Shown: piece by piece, positions 41,643-55,036 of the stretch
Numbering within the stretch: position 1 is the stretch's first letter
How the letters are laid out: each line of letters begins with the position of its first letter
Assembly: GCF_006345805.1 (NCBI RefSeq)
Contig: NC_043019.1
Coordinates: forward strand, 30,627,360-30,691,359
Direction of reading: 5' to 3'
Origin: Octopus sinensis
Taxonomy: Eukaryota
Length of the DNA stretch: 64,000 nt
Notes under the pieces: generated by a model
The model's database searches: none
What the model was told of the DNA's origin: nothing
What the model saw: the letters and a program-made list of their open reading frames with translations, nothing else
Program-made: the position numbers and the translations under genes

Positions 41643-44010
41643 CCTTTTACTTGTTTCAGTCATTTGACTGCTGCCATGCTGGAGCACCACCTTTAGTTGA
41701 CCAAATCGACCCCAGGACTTATTCTTTGTAAGCCTAGTACTTATTCTATCGGTCGCTTTTGCCACACCAGCGATGTTGGAGCGATAGATACAGACACACA
41801 AACACACGCACACACACATATATACATATAGATATATATGACAGGCTTCTTTCTCTCAAGGCTTTGGTCGGCCCGAGGCTATAGTAGAAGAAACTTGCCC
41901 AAGGTGCCACACAGTGGGACTGAACCCGGAACGATGTGGTTGGTAAGCAAGCTACTAACCACACAGCCACTCCTGCACAGTAATAACAACAACAACAACA
42001 ACAACAATAATAATAATAATTCTTTCTACTATAGAGATAGGGGCCTGAAAGTTTGAGGAATACCTTTGATGGACATGTTAAATGGAAGTTTATGCAGATA
42101 CAAATGCTGTGGTACAACAATAAACCAGATTTTGTGGGTGGATGACCTCATGTTGTGCACTTCACTGCAGATAATAAGCAACTATAAACATGACTGCAGA
42201 CAACACATGGATTTACTTGAGAAATTGATAGGAGATTTGGATTAGAAAAATGCACCATGGCAACCTTGGTGAAGGGAAAATTAAGAACATTAATATTGTG
42301 ATAGATAAAGAAACTGAGATAAGAAAATTATTGCAAACATTGACCTACAAAAATCAATGAATTAGACAATGCAAAACACACACACATACACAACAATGAG
42401 AGAGATTAAGGAGGAATTATTTTAGACGTATTAGGTTAATACCTAAAACAGAGCTAAATGTATGTAAGAAATAAGGTATTGGGTATCAATACCCTGCCTG
42501 TCTCAATAACAAGTCAGTTATAATTACCTCAATTGGACACTAAATTAATTAGCAGGATGAGACAGAGAAACATGAGAAATAATGGTTTCTTACATGAGTA
42601 CAAGACAGGCCATTTTGAAGGGAGGGATTAAGTGACATCATTGACCCCACTGTTTGATTGCTGTCTTGTTTTATTGGTCCCAGAAGGATAAAAGAGAAAG
42701 TTGTCCATGGTAGGATTTGAACCCGGAATGTGAACAGTCAGAAGAACAAATACTGTGAAGCATTTAAAAAAAATTTCTTATTTCTTTACTGCACACAAGG
42801 GGCTAAACACAGAGTGGACAAACAAGGACAGACAAACGGATTAAGTCGATTATATCAACCCCAGTGTGTAACTGGTACTTATTTAATCAACCCCGAAAGG
42901 ATGAAAGGCAAAGTCAACCTTGGCAGAATTTGAACTCAAAATGTAGTAGCAGACAAAATACTGCTAAGCATTTTGCCCGGCGTGCTAAAATTTCTTCCAG
43001 TTCACCACATTATTTTTATGTTATTTCTGATGTTCTAATGGTCCTGACAGCTCACTGCCTAGGCAAACATTTAGAAAAATAACGATGGCATTTGGAATAT
43101 ACAACACAAAATCTGACAGAGAAAGATTGCATTTATTTATCGCAATGCAACTAGAAGACGTTCTTTAAAAGACCAAAAAAACGTCTAGAGAATAATAATA
43201 GAAAACTGATATAAATAGCTAAAGAGCATAAAAACGAAACGAAACACAGACTGAAATGACAGATGTCATCGTCGTCGTCGTCATCATCATCATCATCATC
43301 ATCCTCAATCATCATCATCAATCATCATCATCATCGTTTTAATGTTTACTTTTCCTTGCTTGCCTGGGTTGGATGAATTTATTGAGGCAGGTTTTGCAGG
43401 TTTTCTACAGCTGGATGCCCTTCCTGTTGGACGGTTTGACTGGGCACTGGCAAGCCAGAAGGCTGCACCAGGCTTCAATCTGACCTAGCAATATTTCTAC
43501 AGCTGGATGCCCTTCCTGATGCCAACCACTCTGAGAGTGCAGTGGGTGCTTAAACACTGCACAAGGCTGATACCAAAGTAGTTTTGTCTTGAACCATAAT
43601 GCAAAACTGTTAATGAATTATCACCAGCAGATTTTTTGGCCAGAGTCCACTACTGAGTTTAGTATCTAAAAAATCTCACAAGAGGAATTAATATAAAATT
43701 TGATTGGTGATGAGGACCAGGGAGAAGTATTAACAAAATAATTTCTGTATCTACTTATGTAGACATCACAGCACTAATTTTGCATTAAATCAGTTGTGGC
43801 GGATGCCCTCAGGTGAGAAATGGGTTGGTCCACTATTAATAAATAGGTTCTAGAGTGGTTGTGTGGTAAGTAGCTTGCTCACCAACCACATGGTTCTGGG
43901 TTCAGTCCCACTGCGTGGCACCTTGGGCAAGTGTCTTCTACTATAGCCTCGGGCTGACCAAAGTCTTGTGAGTGGATTCGGTAGACAGAAACTGAAAGAA
44001 GCTCATTGTA

Positions 44011-44074
<64 letters not shown>

Positions 44075-44101
44075 ATGTATAAGTATGTAGGTGTGTGGGT
44101 G

Positions 44102-44133
<32 letters not shown>

Positions 44134-46362
44134 TTGTGTGTCTGTGTTTGTCCCCACAACTTTGCTTGACAACTGATGCTGCTGTGTTTATGTCCCTGTA
44201 ACTTAGTGGTTCGGCAAAAGAGACCGATAGAATAGGTACTAGGCTTACAAAGAATAAGTCCTGGGGTTGATTTGCTCGACTAAAGGCGGTGCTCCAGCAT
44301 GGCCACAGTCAAATAACTGAAACAAGTAAAAGAGTAAAAGAGTAAAGAGTCAGTTGGCAAAGGTACACCATTCAGACCAGTCCCGTAGAGATGAGAAAAT
44401 TCGTCATCATCATGGGACATATCAGTGGTGACAAGGGTTTGGACGATATTACCAATGGGGCATACCAAAATCTTAGTACGAAATATTTTCTTTTCATAGT
44501 TTTAGCTTTGCCTCATGTATAAGTTGAAACTCCAGTTTCTGCAGTTAAAATCAAGAATAAAATTGAGTGATTTGTAAATGTGTAAATACAGCATTCATTT
44601 ATTGAAAGGCTGTGATTATTTTCTGTGTCTACATGAATGAAATGATAAAAAATACAAGCCAAGAAACATACCTGCCATCATATTGTATAATTCAATATTA
44701 TCAAATGGTTCGGTGAGAGTGCTATTCACAAAACTTGGTCCAGAAGCCAGGAAAAAGGCCTGAAAAATTAGAAAAGTAAAAATGAAAAATTTTTGATAAG
44801 AAAAAATATGAAATATCTTTCTTGAAAATATATACACATATTCATACGAGTTAATTTAGCAAAGACCAAAGTATTGGTAAGTAGGAAACAGACAAATCAC
44901 AAATCCCTTCAGGGAGATAGCTCTGCTCAGTATGTAGGAAAGGTGTTGGGAGAAACTCCATAAAGTGTACCCAGTGCAAGCTATGGACACATAAGAGGTG
45001 CAGCAGTGTTACAAGAAAACTAACAGAGAGAGTAGTATCTACATGTGGCAGATGTGCAGGTACATTAAACACCAGGAATGTACAAAAAATAGACCTCCTC
45101 CAATGTTAATGGGGGATCCTTAGAAGTAGTAGACAGTTCCCTTTACTTAGGGGATGAAGTTGGTAGCGGGGAAAGTCATTTGACTGTGGCCATGCTGGGG
45201 CACTGCCTCGAAAAGTTTTAGTTGAACAAATCAACCCCAGGACAAGATTTTTTAAATCCTAGTACTTACTCTATTGGTTTCTTTTGCCAAACTATTAAGT
45301 TATGGGGACATAAACACACCAACACTGGTTGTCGAGTAGTGGTGAAGGACAAACACAAACACAAAGACACACACAAACACACACACACACATGACGGGCT
45401 TTTAGTTTCTGTATACCAAAACCTCTCATAAGGCTTTGGTTGGCTCGAGGCTATAAGTAGAAGACACTTGCCCAAGGTGCCACGAAGTGGGACTGAATCC
45501 GAAACCATGTGATTGGGAAGCAAGCTTCTTACCACAGAGCTATGCCTTTGCTTGTATGCTGGAAAATACAGTAAATTTTTCTAACCATAACTGAAGCCAG
45601 CTCAAGCAGTTTTGTTTGCTTGTTCCTTCTCAAGCCATGCCTGGCTCATAAGGGCCAGTTTCCCAGTTTCCTTGGCATATAGGTTCCCCACCTGCAACGG
45701 ACTGGCGTTCTATCCAGGTAGAACGCCAGTCCGTTGCAGGTGAGCTGCAAGATGCAGAAGGAAGGAGTGAGAGAAAGTTGTGGCGAAAGAATCAGTAGAA
45801 GTTCACCATTACCTTCTGCCGGAGCCACATGGAGACTAGGTGTTTCACTCATAAACACACATCGCCTGGTCTGAGATTCGAACCTGCGATCCTTCGACCG
45901 TGAGTCCGCTGCTCTAACCACTAGGCCATGTGCCTCCACCAAGCAGCTTTAATCCTGTCCAAAAACAAGTCCAAACAATGTAGGATTGCAATGTGTGTCA
46001 TTAAAGGGGCAAGAGAGGGTTATACTGTTGCAAATTAACCGTTAAGTAATTATAAAATTATATGACTTGTGAAGATCATTATAAGAAATTGACTCTACTT
46101 GAAATGCAGGATACAACTAGTCATAAATAATGTCTTAAAGTATTGTATTAAACAGCATCTCATTTAAATAGCGACAAATTGTATTGAAATTTATTGAAAG
46201 ATGGACAAATAAAAAAAAAGAAGAAAAACTATTTTAAAAAAGCGGAAAAGAAAAGAACAAAAAAAATTTCTATTTTCATTATTATTAATATTATTATTAT
46301 GGTGGACTGAGTTTTATTGGCCTTGGATACATATTTATATATATATATATATATATATACAT

Positions 46363-46400
<38 letters not shown>

Positions 46401-46446
46401 TATCTATATCTATATGTATATGTATTATATATATATGTATCTATAT

Positions 46447-46497
<51 letters not shown>

Positions 46498-48551
46498 TAT
46501 CCGCATATACACATATATATTGCTTTTTTTTGTTTTTGTCCTCATCATACCCCCAACCCTACCCCCCCACCTCCCCTCGACCCCCACCCTCCCAGTCGAC
46601 CCCCCCCCATCTCACCCCACCACCATCATCATCATCATGAGCATCATGCATTATTATCATTATTACTAATTTCAATTATTTATTTTTTTTCTTTTCTTTT
46701 CCCCCCCTCGATTTCTTTTTCACACACGTCTAAAAACCAATAATATATGATTTGTACTGCTTCCAGTTTTCACAGTTTGTTCTCTGTTAATTTCCTTTCC
46801 GGAAATGAACAATTTTTTCCCCCCTTCCCCCTTAACTTCCTCTCCGCCGTCCTTGCACAAATCTTCTTCAAATGCCTCTTATTGTTGCTCTTCTGCCATT
46901 CAGACCAATCACGCTTCAAACAGGAGACTGTCAACAAGTGACAATGGTTGTACATCTCTTGGCATTAAAACTACATCCTCATTCATTAGAATTAAAGCTC
47001 ATGGTGAAGGTTGGTGCCGGAATTATCTCCAAAATGTCCAAGTTTCATAAACTAGATTCTGCATTCAATGAGTATTTATATTTAATATTTAACCCTTTCA
47101 AGGCGGCGAGCTGGCAGAATCGTTAGCACATCAGACAAAAAGCGCAGCAGTATTTCGTTTGTCGCTGCATTCTGAGTTCAAATTCCACCAAGGTCGACTT
47201 TGCTTTTCATCCTTTCGGGGTTAATAAATTAAATACCAGTTATGCACTGGGGTCGATGTAATTGATTTATCCATTTGTCTGTCCTTGTTTGTCCCTTCTA
47301 TGTTTAGCCCCTTGTGGGCGATTAAGAAATAAGAATCGTTAGCATGCCGGGTGAAATGCTTATCAGTATTTTGTCTGCCGTTACGTTCTGAGTTCAAATT
47401 CTGCCGAGGTTGACTTTGCCTTTCATCCTTTCAGGGTCGATAAATTAAGTATCAGTTATGCACTGGGGTCGATGTAATCGACTTAATCCATTTGTCTGTC
47501 CTTGTTTGTCCTCTCTGTGTTTAGCCCCTTGTGGGTAGTAAAGAAATAAGTATTTTGTCTGCCGTTATGTTCTGAGTTCAAATTCCACCGAGGTCGACTT
47601 TGCCTTTCATCCTTTCGGGGTTAATAAATTAAGTATCAGTTATGCACTGGGGTTGATGTAATTGACTTAATCCGTTTGTCTGTCCTTGTTTGTGTCTCTA
47701 TGTTTAGCCCCTTGTGGGCAATAAAGAAATAAGAAACGTTAGCATGCCAGGCGAAATGCTTAGCAGTATTTCGTCTGCCATTACGTTCTGAGTTCAAATT
47801 CTGCCAAAGTTGAGTTCTGCCCAGTTACGCACTGGGGTAGATGTAATCGACTTAATTTCCTTGTCTTTCCTTGTTTGTCCCCTCTATGTTTAGCCCCTTG
47901 TGCACAATAAAGAAACAAGAACGTTAGCACACTGAGCAAAATGCTTATTGGTATTTTGTCCATCTGAGTTCAAATTCCACCAAGGTCAGCTTTGCCTTTT
48001 ATTCTTTCAGGGTCGATAAATTAAGTACCAGTTGTGTACTGGGGTCAATCTAATCGACTGGACCCCTTCCCAAAAATTTCGGGTCTTGTGCCTAGAGTAG
48101 AAAAGAATATTTAACCCTTTAGCATCTAAATTACTCTGTCAAATTGTTTTGAATTAATTATACATTATCTTTTAGCATCGAGGTATTTGATGATGTGATT
48201 GTTTATTTCTGGAATAACATTGTAGGATTGGTATGAGAGGATGGATCTGGCCAGTTTGAACATGAAATAGGTAGAATATTTGAGCTGGATATGGCCTGTT
48301 TAAATGCATTTAGTTTGCTCTATCTAATGTTATATTTATTTATTCAAATTGGAGTGGATGTGTGGTAAGTAGCTTGCTTACCAACCACATGACTCCAAGT
48401 TCAGTCCCACTGCATGGCACCTTGGGCAACTGTCTTCTACTATAGCCTCGGGCCTACCAAAGTCTTGTGAGTGGATTTGGTAGACAAAAACTGAAAGAAG
48501 CCCATCGTATATATATTTATATATATATATATTTTTTTTATATATATATAC

Positions 48552-48584
<33 letters not shown>

Positions 48585-51444
48585 ATATCTATATAATATA
48601 TATAACATATGTATGTATTTTCTTCACTTAGCCATAGGAGTGGCTAAGTTACAGGGACGTAAACGCACCACCATCGGTTGTCAAGCGATGTTGGAGCGAC
48701 AAACACAGACACACAAACATATACACATATATATATATATACATATACACACACACACACACATATGTATATATATATATATACACATAGACATATATAC
48801 GACGGGCTTCTTTCAGTTTCCGTCTACCAAATCCACTCACAAGGCTTTGGTCGGCCCGAAGCTATAGTAGAAGACACTTACCCAAGGTGCCATGCAGTGG
48901 GACTGAACCTGGAACCATGTGGTTGGTAAGCAAGCTAGTTACCACACAGCCACTCCTGCACCTTAAAAGTTATCAGATTTTCACTTCTTGATTTCAAGAG
49001 GTTAGTACACAATCATTTTTGATTCATTATGACTATGCTTCCAAAGACTGTGATGACGTGTAACTTAGTGGCTTGGGAGCTTGGCTCTACATCGTAGGGT
49101 TGTGGGTTTGATACTTAGACTGAGCAGCCTGTTAATTTCATGTTGCTTCAATCCATTCAGCTGAAAATGAGTGCCAATGAGTACAATAACAGCTGTGGGT
49201 GGGGTGAATAAGGTTTAAACTCATGACAGACTAATGTCCTGCTAAGCAGGAGGTTTTATATCCTCAGTTACTCAAATGTCATGAAAACTTTACAAATATT
49301 AAATCCTGTCCAGAGGTATTAAATCTACAGGTTCTACTGAGCCTGTAGATCCAAGACAGACATTAATTCTTGCAACTGCAACAGAATATTTCTTCTTGAT
49401 CAGTGAGACTCAGAAACTATGATCACACTGGTTCCCTGTTTGAGAATGACTTCCTCCCTTCCATCCACCAATCTCTAAGAACCTGAAGAAATATTGCCCT
49501 TTCTCCCCAGAATAAGTGATATGAAAAATAAAAGTAAAGGCCACAGAAACTAGATCCTTTATTAACCCTTTAGTATTTAAACTGACCATACCAGGCCAAA
49601 ATGTTCTACCCCTTTTATGCTCAAATTGGCCAGATCAGGTCACCAACATGTACCCTGTAATGTCATTGTAAAAATAAAGGAGAGCACTCAGAGAGAGCAA
49701 ACCTCTGCCAAGACAACACCAATGTCCTTTCGACAATTAGCCAGAGATGATTTTAAAAGGAGAATATCTGAAATAAACTCAACTGCTCTCATGAATGAGA
49801 ATACTAAAAACGAACCTGACTGCTCTCAAAAATTAAGCAAAAATAGAAAAAAAAAACGAAAAAAATAATCCAGAATCCTTGTCCGGTGCTGGATCAATCC
49901 CAAGATCTAATCAATTTGTGCCAGTCATGAGGTGAAACATCCTTGAAAGTTTCATCCGAATCCATCCAGCGGTTCTTGAGATATCTTGTCCATGGACAAA
50001 CAAACAAACACAGCTGAAAACAATACTTCAGCCTTCGCAAAGGCGGAGGTAATGATCACATCAACAAAATCTTGAACACATGAGATAAAGCATGATTAAT
50101 GCAAAAACAAAGGGAATAAGAAATATGCATTGCATTTGACAGAGTAACCTGTATGCTAAACTGTTAATGTTTTGGGTAATAGAAACTCTGAGGTAAGTCT
50201 ACTTACTTGTTTGCTGTTGTCAAGATCATAATTGAGTTTTTTGCATTCGGTTTCGGATGACCTGTCGGAAAAACATAATAGAAAAATCTTGAGAAATATT
50301 CTTTTAGTCTTTTATTCTTTGATTTGTTTCAGTCATTTGACTGCGGCCATGCTGGAGCACTGCCTTTGAAACTGAACATGGTGGTATTGTCAATGATGAT
50401 GATGATGTAAACAACAAAAATAGTGATTCAATACTGTTGCTGCTATGATGATGATGGTGATACATATGTGGTTTGGATATCTTTTATCTTTTACTTGTGG
50501 TCAGTCATTGGACTGCAGTCATGTTAGGGCACAACCTCGAAGGGTTTTAGTCAAATGACTTTTATATTTATATTTCTAAAAGCGGTGCCCCAGCATGACC
50601 ACAGTCAAATGAATGGAACAAGTAGAAGAATTAAAGAATATATATATATTCTTTTATTCTTTTTTTATTCTTTTATATATATACTAGCAGTATAACCCGG
50701 CCTTGTCCGGGATTAAGTTACGATTATTAAGCTAATCAAGTTCTTTATTTCAAACCAAACTAAGTAATATAGATGTTAAATTTGGGCGAAATCTGTTGAA
50801 ATTAGTTATATTATATATATATATATTATATATATTATATATATATATATGTATATATATAATAAAATATAAATATATATGGACAACAGACACGAACACA
50901 CATACACACACATACGTACGTACACCTATTGCATGTTTTGTGCACGCATACATGTTCATAAAAAGAAATGAATGGAAAAAAATGTTGTTAAATGTTGAGT
51001 TTAAAACTCGCACGATTTTCACTAAAGTATATATACCATGATTATAAAATATAGTCTCTTTCAAAAACAGAAAACAAAACATTTTACATTTTCTTTTTTA
51101 TGAACGTCATAACTTACTCTCTCTGTCTCTCCCTCTCTCACTTTCCTTTCCCGTGAAACTCTCAGCCTCCTCCTTCCACTTTTCTTTATCTTTTTTTGTT
51201 TTTTGTTAGACGCCATCAAAAAAGCCAAGGCTGATATTTTTCGTGGCTAAAAACTATGTCTGAAAATATATATTTACACTACCCATGGGTGCCTCGGGGG
51301 AAAAAAATAAGTTGACAAAACCCAGATAGGATGTTGACAATTGTCCTAAAATTGGAGCTACATGCGTGCTAATTTGTGGACGTGCATAAATTACAATCAC
51401 GTACACGCACACACACACGCACACCCATGCTCCCTTTGTAGATA

Positions 51445-51481
<37 letters not shown>

Positions 51482-53962
51482 GAGAGAGAGAAGTATATAT
51501 ATATGCATATATATATATGCATATATATGTATATATATATATATATATACTAGCAGTATCGCCCGGCGTGGCTCGGGTTGTAAGGGAAATAACTATATAA
51601 GCATTTTTAGAGAGTTATAGCCAAAAAATAGCAAAAAAATGCATCAAAAATTGAAAAAAAAAATTAAGGTAAATTTTTTTTAAATCGTTGACACATCGTA
51701 GATATTTTTAGAGAGTTACTTCCCTTATATAAAAGCGAAAAAAATGCATTAAAATGGAAAAATATGATGGAAAAATTTTTTTAAATCGTAGACTCACCGT
51801 AGACGCGCGCTAATACCCAGAAGGGCTCGATATGAATCACGACTATAAGATACCCGCTTTTGGTTAAACTGCACCGCAAAATGTGGGAGTAGTTACGAAT
51901 CTAAATCGTAGGAGACAGACACACAACTTCACTCTTATATAAAGATGCTTTTTTTTTTCAGTCATAGAGTTAGATTTATGAAGGTCTTCAGTAGAAAATC
52001 CTTCGAATTCTGACTCGCTGCTTGATATAATGAAATTCGTATCCATTTTTTGTCAGAATTACAAATTTTGAAAACACAATAGGAACAAATTTCGGAAAAA
52101 AATCTCCCATAATTCACGGAATTAAAATTACACTTCGATTTTTGTACAAAACTGTATTTGAAGTGTTTACGAAGCATAATACGTGTTTTCACGAATGTAC
52201 TAAAGAGATTTACTCTGATATTCTCATTTAAATATGAATAGGTAAATTCGGGCGGTTTGGTAACGAAAGGGTTAAACGGATGCATACATTTATTAATCTC
52301 TTATTATAATAACTATATATAAGTGTCGTCTGTTTATACATAAACACTGTTTCATACTGCAATTATATATACATATATCTATATATAATATTATATAATA
52401 AAATATATACAGAGTAAAATAAAAACCAATTTACCTTTTCTGTATTGTTATAGCAATTCCACCGTCCGTGTGTCTTTGCAAATGTGTTGGAATGATAAGT
52501 GAGTTGTGTTTTGGCGCCTTTTTTACTAATAACAAACACACACGTGTTTGTATGTAGTTGTTTGAAACGTTTGTGTTTGCCACTCTCATATATGTATGTA
52601 TATGCGTGTGTGTGAGGAATGACACACACACACTCACGCACGCACACATGTACATCAATGCTTTCGGAGTGAAATGTTAAAATATTGAGTTTTCTCGAAT
52701 TTTGTCTTAATTGGTGGTAAAATTGAAAGAAATTTTTTATGGCATCACCCACTGAAGTACTCTGAAAAATCATAGGTACACTCTAATTGAAGAAATTGTG
52801 TGAGGAGTAAATCGTTATGTATTTATTTGTTTCTGTTTGCTGTGTTTTTTTATTTTTTGAGTAGTGGTTTAAATACTTTCAGTTTAGTCTTCCTCAAATC
52901 ACTCTGTCGCTATTTACTTTCATTTTATTCGTTGCACACTGTGTGTGTGCGTGTGCGTGTGCTGTAAACCAGACTAAGAAAAGCATTTGACATACACACC
53001 AGAATGTGAGTTTTCTGTAAATTTTGCTTAATTGGAGTTTAAATTTTAAAAACTGGACCTGGCATGACCCGATGCATTCTACTCTTAAAAATGCTAGGTA
53101 AATTGTAATTGAAGAAATCCTATATTGTAGATTTCTATAAGTTACAAAGGGAGGCAGATAAAATCTGCCTTTTATAATAAGAGATATACACACACACAAA
53201 CACACACATACACACATATATATGCACACATATATAGAGATGGGCTTCTTTCAGTTTCCATCTGCCTAATTGACTCATACAGCTTCACAGGGGGACCTGA
53301 AACTATGATAGAAAGCATTTATCCAAGGTGCCATACTGTGGAACTGAACCCCAAACCATATAGTCCATAAGCAAATTTCTTACACACACACACACACACA
53401 CACCCACACCCACACCTACACACACACACACAGACACACAGCCGCATCATCACCTAATATAGATGCATATCCTGAATCTAATTAATATTTAAACAGCTTG
53501 CAGCAATTACATACACACACACACACACACACACACATACATACATACACATACACATATACACACACTGAGGCTTGTACTTAGTCACATATACACGCAT
53601 ACATCATACCCCTAAGGAGATAAAAGTAATGACATGGAAACAACAAAAAAATCCCCAAATGACGAACATCCTTCTCTCACAGACACACACATAGCACGCA
53701 CATGGTTCTACTAATACATGTTCTTATAGCCATGTGTACGGTGCCATACCAAAGTAGGGAAAAAATAGAGAACCACTACAGCAAAATACAAAAACAAAAA
53801 AAAAAGAGAAAAAAGGTAAAAAGGAGTCAAACTATTTGCAATGTAATCTCTATATTAATATTGCAAAATATCAATAAATTCTGGACATAACTTTCTCCAT
53901 TTCCCATGAAACAAATTACGTTTCATCAAATTTAGTTTTATTGGTAGAAAGAAAGAATAATA

Positions 53963-53994
<32 letters not shown>

Positions 53995-54106
53995 TAATAG
54001 TAATAGTAATAATAATATATAATAATAATAATAATATAATAATAATAATAATAATATAATAATAATGATAATAATAATAATAGTAATAGTAATAATAATA
54101 ATAATA

Positions 54107-54137
<31 letters not shown>

Positions 54138-54155
54138 GTAATAGTAATAATAATA

Positions 54156-54191
<36 letters not shown>

Positions 54192-54204
54192 ATTAATAAT
54201 AATG

Positions 54205-54256
<52 letters not shown>

Positions 54257-54985
54257 TAATAATAATGATGATGATGATGATGATGATGATATTAATGATA
54301 ATGATTTCTAAAATGCAACAGATTTATAAGGTTGAACGATATAAGCACGCGTGCGCATGTGCCCCTCCCCACAAGCACACACACACACACACAGATACAG
54401 ATACAGGCACAGACACACAGACACAGACACACAAACACCTTCACACATGTACATGGACGCCTACACACATTCACATGTGCACACACACACTCTCGGAGAA
54501 GCACCTGCACACACACATACACAAACACATAGACACACAATCTCATGTACATACATACATACATACATACACACACACAAGCTCTCTTCTCTCTCTTTCT
54601 CTTTCTCTCTCTCTCATACACCCACACACACAGGCACATGTACACACAGACACTCAAACATACGCACAAACACAAATACACACACACACGCACACACACA
54701 AACGCACACACACAAACACACACATACACACACACACACACAAACAAACAAACACCCACACACAAATGCACACACATACACAAACACACACACACACACA
54801 CACACAAACACACACGCACACAAACTCACACACACACATACACACACACAAACACACACATACAAATACAAACTCACACACAAACACACACACAAACGCA
54901 CACACAGACACACACACACAATCCATCTCTGCCAAGTGTTATATCCTCATATGCTTCTATATGCCTATATGAACGTGTTTATGTA

Positions 54986-55036
<51 letters not shown>

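Noticed and set aside
44280-44500. [27 protein letters not shown]... as a possible extra ENPP exon
   Set aside because: The phase-1 reading required after exon 3 stops within 6 codons, and exons 3 and 4 already join seamlessly.
53715-53790. Minus-strand ...THGYKNM peptide that could supply the missing HGYDN motif of module A
   Set aside because: That frame needs a phase-1 acceptor, but exon 1 ends in phase 2; the phase-2 frame hits TAA, and the flanking residues do not resemble ENPP.
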